DNA from: Candidatus Limnocylindrales bacterium
Lineage (GTDB): Bacteria; Chloroflexota; Limnocylindria; Limnocylindrales; CSP1-4
Length of the DNA stretch: 64,000 nt
Assembly: GCA_050008515.1 (NCBI GenBank)
Contig: JBEKMM010000005.1
Coordinates: 70,888-134,887, forward strand
Reading direction: 5' to 3'
Below the pieces are notes generated by a model. That model had not been told where the DNA came from, made no database searches, and saw nothing but the letters and a program-made list of their open reading frames with translations. Shown here piece by piece: positions 38,776-48,776 of the stretch. A program made the translations under genes and the position numbers. The first letter of the stretch is position 1, and each line of letters begins with the position of its first letter.

Positions 38776-40704
38776 TCAGCGACCCGCCGGATTCACCTCG
38801 AGCTGCCAGCCAGGCGGTATGACCATCGAGCAGGTCGTGGTTCGCTGGTCGACGCACCTGGCGAACGGCGCCCAGTCCGACGCCGCTGTCGGGCTGAGGT
38901 GGTAGCCGCTCAGGATGCCGCCTGCCAGGAGAAGGCAGGCCAGGCCGGCCGCGGCCCGTGTGAATTGTCCCGCGGGCCGGGAGATGAGCAGCGCCACGTA
39001 GAGAACGGCGATCGGGGCGAGGAAGTACCGGGGTGTGGCGCCGGGCCCGAGGAGCGTCCGAATGCTGAGGTCTATGCCGGTCATGGCCCACAGCGCTAGG
39101 ACCCAACCCCCGAGGAGGGTGAGCAGGAGCGCGGCCGCTTCGAGTCGAGGAAGGCGGATCCAGACGGCGACGAGCGCCGCAGTAAGCACTATCGCCACGA
39201 ACCACACCAACAGGTGAGGGGACGCGGTCGCCAGGTTCGTGGGCCCCAGGGCGGCCATGGCAGGTACGCGCTTGATGAGTACCAGGAGCGCGCTCACGGG
39301 TTGGGCCATGCCGGCGATGTTCCCGCGCCTGCTGGATGCGAGAAGGAAGCCGACCTGGACGAGAACGCCGGCCACCGCCACTCCGAGGAGGAGGACCGAA
39401 TGCCGGGATCGGTTTCGCAGTGCTCGGACCGCAAGGCTCGGGAGGCAGTAGAGCGCCGCGAACCCGGACAGCGCGGTCAGCGCGGTGAACGCGACCTCCC
39501 CGGCCTTGAGCTTCCGGCTCACCGGGTCGTAGAACATACCGAGCAGCACCAGGCCGATGCCCATCCACCAGTGGGCATTGGCCAGCACCAGGTAGGTCTC
39601 CCCGATCCCGGGTGCGCACAGGAGCGCCAGCAGGCACAGGACGCGCATGTTCGGCGAAACCGGGATCCGCCATCGGGACGAGAGCACGAAGCCGCACGAG
39701 ATGACGGCGGCAGCCGCCGCTACGGCGGCGTACACGGCCGGTTGTACGGAGATGGGCAGGGGCGCGGCCAGGCTGGCCACGACGCGCTGAAGCAGGAAGA
39801 ACTGGCCGTTGTACGGCTCGAACACGGCTCCCCAGCCGCGCTCGATCGCATCCTTGAAGAAGATCGTGCCGTCCTCCGCGAAGAACACGGGGGACGCAAG
39901 GCCGGTCGGCCTTCGCAGGATGAAGAGGTATACCGCGCCGGCCAGGATCGCCAGGGTCGATACAGGTGACGAGGGCGCCATCAGCCTCGAGAACTGCCCG
40001 CGCAGCGCCTCGAAGTACCAGTGGAGGTAGTGGGGCAGCCACTTGCGCAGCTTGAAGTTGCTCTTGCCGGCGGTCCGATCGCGCCACGTCGTTGGTACCT
40101 CAGCCAGCCTGCGGCCGGCGAGGGTCGCCTTGACCGAGAGCTCCAGGGCGAGCTCGAAGCCCGCCGTGCTCTCGATCGAGACGGTGTCGAGGAAGCGGCG
40201 GCTGTAGAGCTTGAAATTGTTGGTCGGGTCGTGGATCGGGACCCTGGCGAGCCAGTGCAGCGAGAGGCCGGCGGCACGGCTCATCAGGCGCTTCAGCAGT
40301 GGGCCGCCGACCTGCCTGCCGCCGCGCATGTACCTGCTCGCGGCCACGACGTCCGCGCCGTCGCGGGCCAGCGCCACCATGCCGTCCACCACCTCGGGCT
40401 CATCGGAACCGTCGGCCATGGAGATCAGCACGTAAGGCGCGCGGGCGGCGGCGAGGCCCGCCTTCATGGCGTTGAGGACTCCCCGACCGAGCTCGTTGCG
40501 CAGCGGCCGGAGCTCGGGTATCTCGGCCTGGAGGGCCCGCACGACCGGTACCGTCGTGTCCTCGTCGAAGTCGTAGACGACGAGGATCTCGCACGGCTCG
40601 TGGATGCCGGCGGCGAGCGCCCGGAGGACCGGCGCGACCGCCTCGCCCTCGTTGTACACGGGGATGACGACGGACAGCTCGGGCGCCTTGACGGCGGCCC
40701 TCAT
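38776..40704 (-). CDS. GT2 glycosyltransferase (Dpm1-like) fused to a ~410-aa C-terminal polytopic membrane domain
   Basis: LSVVIPVYNE, ILVVYDFDEDTT, and ISMADGSD at the N-terminus, followed by at least 10 TM helices. Confidence 0.7.
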   Translation of the reverse strand: MRAAVKAPELSVVIPVYNEGEAVAPVLRALAAGIHEPCEILVVYDFDEDTTVPVVRALQAEIPELRPLRNELGRGVLNAMKAGLAAARAPYVLISMADGSDEPEVVDGMVALARDGADVVAASRYMRGGRQVGGPLLKRLMSRAAGLSLHWLARVPIHDPTNNFKLYSRRFLDTVSIESTAGFELALELSVKATLAGRRLAEVPTTWRDRTAGKSNFKLRKWLPHYLHWYFEALRGQFSRLMAPSSPVSTLAILAGAVYLFILRRPTGLASPVFFAEDGTIFFKDAIERGWGAVFEPYNGQFFLLQRVVASLAAPLPISVQPAVYAAVAAAAAVISCGFVLSSRWRIPVSPNMRVLCLLALLCAPGIGETYLVLANAHWWMGIGLVLLGMFYDPVSRKLKAGEVAFTALTALSGFAALYCLPSLAVRALRNRSRHSVLLLGVAVAGVLVQVGFLLASSRRGNIAGMAQPVSALLVLIKRVPAMAALGPTNLATASPHLLVWFVAIVLTAALVAVWIRLPRLEAAALLLTLLGGWVLALWAMTGIDLSIRTLLGPGATPRYFLAPIAVLYVALLISRPAGQFTRAAAGLACLLLAGGILSGYHLSPTAASDWAPFARCVDQRTTTCSMVIPPGWQLEVNPAGR

Positions 40705-41741
40705 AGCGGGGTGGCCGCCGGTTCGAGCGGGCGATCCGGCCCGGAGGCCTCATCGGCCAGCCGGCCCAGGCCCACGTCCATGGCGGCCAGCGAGACCGCT
40801 CCCGCGATCGCGACGGGCAGCACGGACATGACGTGGGCAACCACCGCCAGCGCCAGCGCCGGGGCGGCCGCCACACCGAAAGCTCCGGCGGTTGTCGCCG
40901 CGGCCAGCTCGAAGGTGCCCACGTAGCCGGGCGCCGAAGGAAGCGCGGTCCCCAGCACCGTGACCGCTCCAATGAGGAGCGCGGCCGCTGGGCTCACCGA
41001 GATGCCGATCGCGCGCGCCGCGAGCCAGAAAGTGGTCGCATCGAGCATCCAGCACGCCGCGCTGATCACGACGGCCATGAAGACGGCTCGCGAGCGGCTG
41101 GGCCGGTCGATGCCGCGGGCGAAGTTGGCTAGACGCACCAGCATCGGCTCGGCCCGGGCGGCGCCGGGGAGATGGCCGAGCAGTCCGCGCAGTATCCGCA
41201 CCAGTGGCCCAAAGCCGACCACGATCAGGGCCGCCGTCAGAGCGGTAGCGGCCAGCGCGACGAGCGCCGTCGACTGCACGATCCAGCCTGGGGCGTTGAC
41301 GAGGGCCGCGGCCGCGAAGGCGACGACCGCCAGGGTCGCCGTGTCGACGATGCGCTCGAGGACGACCGAGCCGAAAGCCTCGGCCGCGTCGAGCTTCTCG
41401 CGACGGGCCACGAGGTACGCCCGGATGGGCTCGCCCAGCCGGGCGGGGAGGACGGCGTTGCCGAGATAGCCCACGAGCAGCACCGGGGCGATCCGCCCGA
41501 GTCGAATCCGGCCGCCGCCGGGCGGAGGGGGAAGGAGAAGGCGCCAGCGCACCGAGCGCAGCGTGACCTGCGTCGCCACGACCGCCAGGCAGGCCGCGAC
41601 CGGGATCGGGTTTGCGCCGGCGAGCAGCTTGACGCTGGCCCCCAGGTCCACGGAGCGGAGCACGAGCCAGAGGGACGCGAGGCTGACGAGCAGCCCAACT
41701 ACGCGAATGACTCGACCGTGCCTCCGACCGCCCATGCTCAA
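40701..41741 (-). CDS. Flippase-like / lysylphosphatidylglycerol-synthase-TM-region family membrane protein (UPF0104)
   Basis: 346 aa, about 8 TM. ATGA overlap with the GT2 fusion gene. This family is commonly paired with GT2 polyprenol-P-sugar synthases. Confidence 0.55.
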   Translation of the reverse strand: MSMGGRRHGRVIRVVGLLVSLASLWLVLRSVDLGASVKLLAGANPIPVAACLAVVATQVTLRSVRWRLLLPPPPGGGRIRLGRIAPVLLVGYLGNAVLPARLGEPIRAYLVARREKLDAAEAFGSVVLERIVDTATLAVVAFAAAALVNAPGWIVQSTALVALAATALTAALIVVGFGPLVRILRGLLGHLPGAARAEPMLVRLANFARGIDRPSRSRAVFMAVVISAACWMLDATTFWLAARAIGISVSPAAALLIGAVTVLGTALPSAPGYVGTFELAAATTAGAFGVAAAPALALAVVAHVMSVLPVAIAGAVSLAAMDVGLGRLADEASGPDRPLEPAATPL

Positions 41742-41762
41742 CTCATCGGGCTCCGCCGCCCA

Positions 41763-42782
41763 TCAGATTCGCCCGGCCTCGTACTCGCCCTTGATCCAGG
41801 GGATCACCTCGTCGAGCATCGTGTCCAGGCTCGTCGTCGCCTCGAAGCCGAGCACCTCTCGAGCCTTGCGGACGTCCGGGACGCGCATCTGGACGTCGTG
41901 CTCGAAGGGCGGATCCGTCACGTATCGGAACGGCCGGTTGCCGTTGATCTTGCGCCAGATCGTCTGAGCGAGGTCGAGCACCGTGGTGCTCTGGGCCGTC
42001 GATAGGTTGAAGTCCTCGTTGATCGCCTTGGGGCTCTCGACGGCGAGGCGGATGCCGTGGGCGAGATCGCCGCCGTACGTGTAGTGGCGAACCTGGTTGC
42101 CCTCGCCCAGGATGTGGAGCGGGTCCTGGCCCTTGAGCACCTTGGCCACCAGGTCGGGCACGACGTGGCTCATCGCCAGCTTGACGTTGCCCGACATCAC
42201 GTCGGAGTCGCGGAGCGCACGGCGCTCGCCGATGCCGACGCAGTTGAAGGGGCGCACGATCGTCGACGGGAGGCGGTACTGCTCCAGGGCGCCCATGGCG
42301 AAGTACTCCGACGCGAGCTTCTGGAAGCCGTAGGTGGAGACGGGCGGCGGGCTGGTCAGCTGCGCTCCCTCGGGCGTGGGGAAGACCGTCGCCGATTCGA
42401 AGACCATTGAGGACGAGATCACCGTCACGCGTTCGAGATGGCCGTTGCGGTGGGCTTCGATCGCCCCGCGGAAGGTCGAGGCGAGGATGGCCTCGTTCTC
42501 GGCGAGCAGGTCGAAGGCGAACTCGTGGAAGTAGCTGATGCCGCCGATCATCGCCGCCGCGGCCACGACCTGGTCGCAGTCGGCGGCCAGCTCTCGGACC
42601 AGCGCCTCGTCCTTGGCGTCGCCCTCCACGAAGCGGTACCGCGGGTGGCCGTCGTAGCTCTTGGCTGTCGGGCCGTACTTGCTGAAGTTGTCCAGCCCGA
42701 CGACGGTATGGCCGGCCTCGAGCAGCTCGGGGACGAGGTACCCGCAGATGAACCCGGCCGCCCCGGTGACGAGGATCTTCAC
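41763..42782 (-). CDS. NAD-dependent epimerase/dehydratase (SDR family)
   Basis: MKILVTGAAGFIC Rossmann motif and YGFQK (YxxxK). Confidence 0.8.
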   Translation of the reverse strand: MKILVTGAAGFICGYLVPELLEAGHTVVGLDNFSKYGPTAKSYDGHPRYRFVEGDAKDEALVRELAADCDQVVAAAAMIGGISYFHEFAFDLLAENEAILASTFRGAIEAHRNGHLERVTVISSSMVFESATVFPTPEGAQLTSPPPVSTYGFQKLASEYFAMGALEQYRLPSTIVRPFNCVGIGERRALRDSDVMSGNVKLAMSHVVPDLVAKVLKGQDPLHILGEGNQVRHYTYGGDLAHGIRLAVESPKAINEDFNLSTAQSTTVLDLAQTIWRKINGNRPFRYVTDPPFEHDVQMRVPDVRKAREVLGFEATTSLDTMLDEVIPWIKGEYEAGRI

Positions 42783-42804
42783 TTTGCCTCCGATGAAGCG
42801 GGCG

Positions 42805-44040
42805 CTACAGGCGGATGCTGCCGAGCGCGCCCCAGATGTCGACTACCTCACGCCCGGTGAGGTCCAGGTCGCGATAGACGCGATGCGGGGCGCCCAGCAC
42901 GAGGATCTCCGTCTCGGCAAGGACCTTCTCCAGGGGCACGAGGCGCGGATCGTTGACGTAAGGATCGGTGCAAAGCACTCGAGCGCCCGACCAGACCAGG
43001 AGCTTTCGCAGCTTGTAGCTCAGCGACGAACGAACGTCGTCGGACTCGGACTTGAAGGCCATGCCCAGCACGCCCACCGCTCTGCCGCGCAGGCTTCCGT
43101 AGCGCCGCTCCATCGCGTGGACCATGTAGGCGGGCAGCCCCTCGTTGACCTGCATGGCCGACTGGCCGAGCGGGAAATGGTCCGAGGTGAAAGCCGCCAG
43201 CTGCATGGTGTCCTTGAGCAGGCACGGGCCGGCCGCGAAACCCGGTTTGGGCAGATCGGCGGCGCGCGGGTAGTCGGTCCGGATCGCGTCGAGGACACGG
43301 CTGTAGTCGACTCCCTCGGCATGGGCGATCTCGAAGAACTGGTTGGCCACCGCGAACTTCATGTACCGCCAGGCGTTCGTGAAGAGCTTGGCGAGCTCGG
43401 CCTCCCTGGTCGAAGTGCGGATGACCCTGAACGCGAGACGGCAGTAGAGCGCCTCGGCCCGATCGCCGGCGGCGTCGTCGTCCGAGCCCACGATCTGGGG
43501 CAGCGTGGCCAGCTCCTCGAGCGCGTGCCCCTCGGCTATCCGCTCCGGGCAAAAGGCGACATCGACCTTGCAGCCGCGGGCCGCGAATGCGCCGGCGACG
43601 TATTCGCTTGTGCCCGGGTACACCGTGCTGCGCAGGATCACGAGCGTGCCCGGCTGCAGGTGCTGCGCAATCTGATCGACGGTCCGCTCGAAGATGGTCA
43701 TGGACGGGTTCAGGAACTCGTCGATCGGCGTGCCGACGACGACGATCACCTGGTGCGTCCGCTCGAGCAGCTCCGAGCTTGCGCTGAGCTCCAGCCGGCC
43801 CGTGGGCAGCAGCTCGGCCAGGAGTTCCTGGGCCCCGTTCTCCATGAACGGCATCTCTCCGCGACCGATCCTGGCGAGCGTGGCTTCCGCTATGTCGACG
43901 ATGCCGACCCGCAGCCCGGCCTTCGCGAACGCCAGGCTCAAGGGCAATCCGACGTGCCCGCCTCCCCCGAGGACGACGACATCCAGCTCAGGTTCGTGCC
44001 CTTCCCGAGGCTTGCCGGTAGCGGACAGCGGCATGGTCAT
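42805..44040 (-). CDS. Nucleotide-sugar (UDP-glucose/GDP-mannose) dehydrogenase family protein
   Basis: VVVLGGGGHVG Rossmann motif, and GFAAGPCLLKD (catalytic Cys region). ATG 44040 with AGGAG RBS. Confidence 0.8.
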   Translation of the reverse strand: MTMPLSATGKPREGHEPELDVVVLGGGGHVGLPLSLAFAKAGLRVGIVDIAEATLARIGRGEMPFMENGAQELLAELLPTGRLELSASSELLERTHQVIVVVGTPIDEFLNPSMTIFERTVDQIAQHLQPGTLVILRSTVYPGTSEYVAGAFAARGCKVDVAFCPERIAEGHALEELATLPQIVGSDDDAAGDRAEALYCRLAFRVIRTSTREAELAKLFTNAWRYMKFAVANQFFEIAHAEGVDYSRVLDAIRTDYPRAADLPKPGFAAGPCLLKDTMQLAAFTSDHFPLGQSAMQVNEGLPAYMVHAMERRYGSLRGRAVGVLGMAFKSESDDVRSSLSYKLRKLLVWSGARVLCTDPYVNDPRLVPLEKVLAETEILVLGAPHRVYRDLDLTGREVVDIWGALGSIRL

Positions 44041-44146
44041 CCACACACTCCTGGACAGATCAGCGGTCACCGCACTCTACCAGAGCGAGGTCTCCCCTGG
44101 CCCGCTCGCCGTCGCATGCAGACCGCGGCGGTCGTGCCGTGCGAAC

Positions 44147-45499
44147 CTACGCTGTCGCCTTCGGCCGAACCGTGGCCAGCAGCAGCACCACGGCCGCGGC
44201 TGAGCAGGCGGAGCCGAACCAGAACGGGGCCGGCGGGGCGATCGCGCTCCAGAGGATGCCGGCGATCACCGAGGCGGGCAGGATCATCAAGCCCTGGGTG
44301 GCGTTGAGGATGCCGAAGGCGGTCGCGCGCAGCTCGGTGGGGGCGAGGTCGGCCACCAGCGCCTTGCCGACGCCCTCGCTCAGCGCGTAGTAAGTGCCAT
44401 AGGCGACCCACAGCGGCACGACCCAGACGGCTTGCGTGGCGATGGCGAAGCCGGCGTAGCAGGCGGCGTACACGAGCCAGGCGAGGGCGATCAAGCCGCG
44501 CCGCCCGATCCGATCCGAGAGCGCGCCGGCCGGCCAGGCCACCACGGCGTTGGTGGCGTTGAAGGCGACGATCGTCAGCAGTAGCGCCAGCAGCGTGAGG
44601 CCCAGGTTCTGCGATCGAAGGGCGAGGAAGGCGTCGCTCGAGTTGCCAAGGGTGAACAGCGCGTTGGCCAGCATGAAGAGCCAGAACGGGCGGGGGAAGC
44701 GGCGCCATTCGGAGGTGCCACCGACGATTCGCCGGACGAGGCCAACTGGTGCGGGGGCGGCCGAAGCGGCCGGCGCGGCCGAAGCGCCCGGCGCGCCCGA
44801 AGCGGCAAAGGCGGCGGCCCCGCCTGCAGTCGGCGCCCGCCGGACGTCCCGAACGCCGACGACGATCGTCGCCACCGCGAGGAGCCCCGGCACCAGGGCC
44901 AGCAGCACAAGGACCCGGAACGCGTCGCCGGTGAGTCGGGTCGCGTCGCCCTCCATGGCCCAGATGACCGCGGCCGCGACCAGCACGCCGGCGAAGGCGC
45001 CGGTCGTGTCCATCGCTCGATGGAAGCCGTATGCGACGCCGCGGTACTCAGCAGCGGTGGAGTCGGCGATCAGGGCGTCGCGCGGCGAGGTCCTGATCCC
45101 CTTGCCGAACCGGTCCCCGACGCGGCCGACCAGCACCACGGGCCATGCCGTCGCCACGAGATACAGCGCCTTGGCGGCGACGGACGTCCCGTAGCCGATC
45201 CCCACCAGCAGGCGCCGGCGGCCGATGCGGTCGGACACCGCGCCGCTGATCAGCTTGAGGATCGAGGCCGTGCTCTCCGCCACTCCCTCGATCAGCCCGA
45301 TCGCCGCGGCCGGGGCCAGCAGCACGTTCGCGAGGAAGAGCGGGATGAGGTACACGAGCATCTCGCTCGAGATGTCCGTGAACAGGCTGACCAGCCCGAG
45401 CGCGACGACGTTGCGGGTGATGCCGCGCGTCAGCGCCCGCCGCCAGCGGGGCCCTGCGCCCGGGGCTCCGGAAGCTGTTGGCGTCGAGGCGGTCATCAC
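44147..45499 (-). CDS. MFS transporter
   Basis: 450 aa, 12-14 TM. GAVSDRIGRR motif A. Confidence 0.7.
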   Translation of the reverse strand: MMTASTPTASGAPGAGPRWRRALTRGITRNVVALGLVSLFTDISSEMLVYLIPLFLANVLLAPAAAIGLIEGVAESTASILKLISGAVSDRIGRRRLLVGIGYGTSVAAKALYLVATAWPVVLVGRVGDRFGKGIRTSPRDALIADSTAAEYRGVAYGFHRAMDTTGAFAGVLVAAAVIWAMEGDATRLTGDAFRVLVLLALVPGLLAVATIVVGVRDVRRAPTAGGAAAFAASGAPGASAAPAASAAPAPVGLVRRIVGGTSEWRRFPRPFWLFMLANALFTLGNSSDAFLALRSQNLGLTLLALLLTIVAFNATNAVVAWPAGALSDRIGRRGLIALAWLVYAACYAGFAIATQAVWVVPLWVAYGTYYALSEGVGKALVADLAPTELRATAFGILNATQGLMILPASVIAGILWSAIAPPAPFWFGSACSAAAVVLLLATVRPKATA

Positions 45500-45597
45500 C
45501 GGAGTCTAGCCGCCGGTCCGCACGGCCGCGCCCCGCGCCCGCCCCTCAACGCGCGCCCCGGCGCCGCCGATCCGCCCGCCTGGCGTACAGTTGGGCC

Positions 45598-46416
45598 ATG
45601 GCAACGATCGAGATCGTGGACGTCACCGACGAAGCTCGCTTCGGGCTGATCCCGCCCTGCGCCGATCCTTCGTTCGACCATCGCACCTGCGACTACTGGG
45701 AGGACGTCGATCGGGGGGCGAAGGCGAGCCGGCCGAGCTGGCTGCCCGCGGGTGCCGCTTCGACCGCCGGTTCGACCGCCTCGACCGCGGGTTCGGCCGA
45801 ACGCTCGGGCAACCCGTTCGCCCCGCCGCGAAGGTTCGAGTCGAACCCGTTCGCCCCGCCGCCGAAGACTTCGGCCAATCCGTTCGCGCCGGCCTTCTCC
45901 GCGCCGGCCCGCAACCCCTTCGTCGACGAGTCGACCGACCCGCCGGCCGACAACCCGTTCGCGCCGAGCCGCCCCGCCCGCCCGACGATCGCGGCCCAGG
46001 CCCCCCGCAAGCTGCAGCTGCTCGGTCGCGGGCTCGGCATCTTCGGCAGCTACGCCAAGCTGCTGCTCGTCGACGGCGACGCCGTGGCCTACTGCCAGTT
46101 CGGGCCGCTCTCCGCCTACCCGCGCGCGCTCCGAACGCGCGAGCTGTACCCGCAGCTGCCCGACGCCCCGCTGCCGGCGGTGATCGCCTGCATCGCCACC
46201 ACGCCGGCCTCTCGGAAGAGTGGCCACGCTCTCCGTCTCGTGGCGGAGGTCTGCGCCGACCTGGCCGGTCGTGGCTTCGCCGCGGTGGAAGCCTATCCAG
46301 AAACGCGGGCCGTCCTCGACGCGACCCCCGCCGCCAGGCCGCGGTTCTGGCTCCGGGCCGGCTTCGCCCTGGCCGTGGACGACGAGCGCTACCCGGTCAT
46401 GCGGAAGGAGCTGTAG
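45598..46416 (+). CDS. GNAT-like acetyltransferase with internal disordered insert carrying five NPF(A)P repeats
   Basis: ATG 45598 within ORF 45478..46416. Core ...AVIACIATTPASRKSGHALRLVAEVCADLAGRGFAAVEAYP. Insert GNPFAPP...SNPFAPP...ANPFAPA...RNPFVDE...DNPFAPS. Confidence 0.45.
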   Translation: MATIEIVDVTDEARFGLIPPCADPSFDHRTCDYWEDVDRGAKASRPSWLPAGAASTAGSTASTAGSAERSGNPFAPPRRFESNPFAPPPKTSANPFAPAFSAPARNPFVDESTDPPADNPFAPSRPARPTIAAQAPRKLQLLGRGLGIFGSYAKLLLVDGDAVAYCQFGPLSAYPRALRTRELYPQLPDAPLPAVIACIATTPASRKSGHALRLVAEVCADLAGRGFAAVEAYPETRAVLDATPAARPRFWLRAGFALAVDDERYPVMRKEL

Positions 46417-47064
46417 ATGCGGGTTCGGATCGTCGGGCTCCGGGCGGCCTTCCTCCTGGCCGTGGCTGCCCTGACCGTCCTGGCCGCCGCTGCCTCGGGC
46501 TGCACCTACAGCGTCGTGGTCCAGAGCGCGACGCCTTCGGCCGACCGACCCGGCCTGGCAACGGGAACCGAGGTGCCGATCGAGCCGACCGGGTGGCCGG
46601 GCGGCACGACCGGGGCGTACGGCCTGCGCATCGATCCGAGCTTGATGAGCAACATCCCCTCGATCGTGGGCGGCAACCCGCTGATCGAGGACGTGCTCGT
46701 CGAGTCCGCCGCTCTCGACGACTCCCAGTACGCGAGTTCGTTCAGCAGCTTCTACGTCGCCCACATCGGGACGATCACGGACCTCAACTTCGTCCAGGTC
46801 AGCATCGCGGCGCTCAAGCCCGACGCGCAGAGTGAGGACTTTTACACGGCCTGGCGCGACGACTGGTTCAAGGCGACCTGCTCGCAGGCCGACGGCATCG
46901 GCTCCACGGGCGTGCAATCGATCAACGACTGGCAGGTCGACGTGGCGACATGCACCGGCGGTGTGGACGCGTACGTCCTGAGCCTGGACAACGGCCTCCT
47001 CGTCTCCATCGTGGACCTGGGCCCTCGACGCCTCGGAAAGCAGCTTATTCAAGGGATCAACTAG
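46417..47064 (+). CDS. Lipoprotein of unknown function
   Basis: LAAAASGC lipobox, 215 aa. It starts immediately after the previous stop. Confidence 0.5.
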   Translation: MRVRIVGLRAAFLLAVAALTVLAAAASGCTYSVVVQSATPSADRPGLATGTEVPIEPTGWPGGTTGAYGLRIDPSLMSNIPSIVGGNPLIEDVLVESAALDDSQYASSFSSFYVAHIGTITDLNFVQVSIAALKPDAQSEDFYTAWRDDWFKATCSQADGIGSTGVQSINDWQVDVATCTGGVDAYVLSLDNGLLVSIVDLGPRRLGKQLIQGIN

Positions 47065-47066
47065 AG

Positions 47067-48764
47067 ATGGCTATGCAGACGAACGCAACCGGCGCCACCG
47101 CCAAATCTGGACCTCGAGCCGTCCGCGCGCCACGCGGGCCGGAGCGGAGCTGCAAGGGCTGGGCCCAGGAGGCCGCGCTTCGAATGCTCATGAACAACCT
47201 CGACCCCGAGGTAGCCGAGCGCCCGGACGACCTCGTCGTCTATGGGGGCACGGGCCGGGCCGCACGGAGCTGGGCCGCCTTCGACGCGATAGTGCGCGAG
47301 CTGCGCCGGCTCGAGGACGACGAGACGCTGCTCGTGCAGTCGGGCAAGCCGGTCGGCGTCTTCCGCACGAACGAATGGGCGCCCCGCGTCCTGATCGCGA
47401 ATTCGAACCTGGTCGGCAAGTGGGCGAACTGGGACACATTCCGCGAGCTGGAGAGGGCCGGCCTGACGATGTACGGCCAGATGACGGCCGGGTCGTGGAT
47501 CTACATCGGGACGCAGGGGATTCTGCAGGGCACCTACGAGACGTTCGCCGAGATGGCTCGCCAGCATTTCGGCGGGTCGCTGCGCGGGCGGGTGACCCTA
47601 ACCGCCGGCCTGGGCGGCATGGGCGGGGCGCAGCCCCTGGCCGTGACGATGAACGGGGGAGTGGCGCTGGTCGTGGAAGTGGACGTGGCCCGCGCCACGC
47701 GACGGCTCGAGATGGGGTACGTGGATCGGCTCACGGACTCGCTCGACGAGGGGCTCGCGTGGGCGCGAGCGGCCGCCGCGGAAGGCCGGGCGGAATCCAT
47801 CGCCCTGGTCGGCAACGCCGCCGAGATCGAGCCGGAGCTGGTTCGGCGGGGCGAGCGCTTCGACGCGGTCACGGACCAGACCTCCGCCCACGACGCGCTG
47901 AACGGCTACGTGCCGGCGGGGGTCTCCGTCGTGGAGGCGGTCGAATTCCGACGCTCGAACCCCGACGGGTATGTCCGCCGCGCCATGGCGTCGATGGCCG
48001 ACCACGTCCGGGCGATGCTGGCGCTGCAGCAGGCGGGGGCGATCACCTTCGACTACGGCAACAACATCCGCGCCCAGGCGCAGATCGCCGGCGTCGCCGA
48101 CGCCTTCGACATCCCCGGCTTCGTGCCCGCGTTCATCCGGCCGCTCTTCTGCGAGGGCAAGGGTCCCTTCCGGTGGGCCGCGCTCTCGGGCGATCCGGCG
48201 GACATCCTGACCACGGACCGGGCGATCCTGGAGCTGTTCCCGGAGAACGAATCGCTGCGGCGATGGATCGAGATGGCCGAGGCCCGCGTGCCCTTCCAGG
48301 GCCTGCCGGCCCGGATCTGCTGGCTTGGCTACGGGGAGCGCGCCCTGGCCGGGGCCGCGTTCAACGAGCTGGTCCGCTCGGACGCCGTCTCCGCCCCGAT
48401 CGTCATCGGCCGCGACCACCTCGACTCGGGCTCCGTGGCGTCGCCCAACCGCGAGACGGAGTCGATGCGCGACGGCTCCGACGCGATCGCCGACTGGCCG
48501 CTCCTCAACGCTCTCGTGAACACAGCCTCGGGCGCGAGCTGGGTGAGCATCCACCACGGCGGCGGAACGGGGATCGGGTACTCGCAGCATGCGGGCATGG
48601 TGGTCGTCGCCGACGGCACGGACCTCGCGGCGCGGAAGCTCGAGCGGGTCCTCACCACGGACCCGGGGATGGGCGTGATCCGCCACGCCGACGCCGGCTA
48701 CGAGCGAGCCATCGAGGTCGCGCGCGAGCGCGGGATCCGCATTCCGATGCTCGACGGGGACTGA
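47067..48764 (+). CDS. hutU: Urocanate hydratase
   Basis: Full-length 565 aa. [43 protein letters not shown]. Confidence 0.9.
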   Translation: MAMQTNATGATAKSGPRAVRAPRGPERSCKGWAQEAALRMLMNNLDPEVAERPDDLVVYGGTGRAARSWAAFDAIVRELRRLEDDETLLVQSGKPVGVFRTNEWAPRVLIANSNLVGKWANWDTFRELERAGLTMYGQMTAGSWIYIGTQGILQGTYETFAEMARQHFGGSLRGRVTLTAGLGGMGGAQPLAVTMNGGVALVVEVDVARATRRLEMGYVDRLTDSLDEGLAWARAAAAEGRAESIALVGNAAEIEPELVRRGERFDAVTDQTSAHDALNGYVPAGVSVVEAVEFRRSNPDGYVRRAMASMADHVRAMLALQQAGAITFDYGNNIRAQAQIAGVADAFDIPGFVPAFIRPLFCEGKGPFRWAALSGDPADILTTDRAILELFPENESLRRWIEMAEARVPFQGLPARICWLGYGERALAGAAFNELVRSDAVSAPIVIGRDHLDSGSVASPNRETESMRDGSDAIADWPLLNALVNTASGASWVSIHHGGGTGIGYSQHAGMVVVADGTDLAARKLERVLTTDPGMGVIRHADAGYERAIEVARERGIRIPMLDGD

Positions 48765-48776
48765 CGCGCCGGCGCC

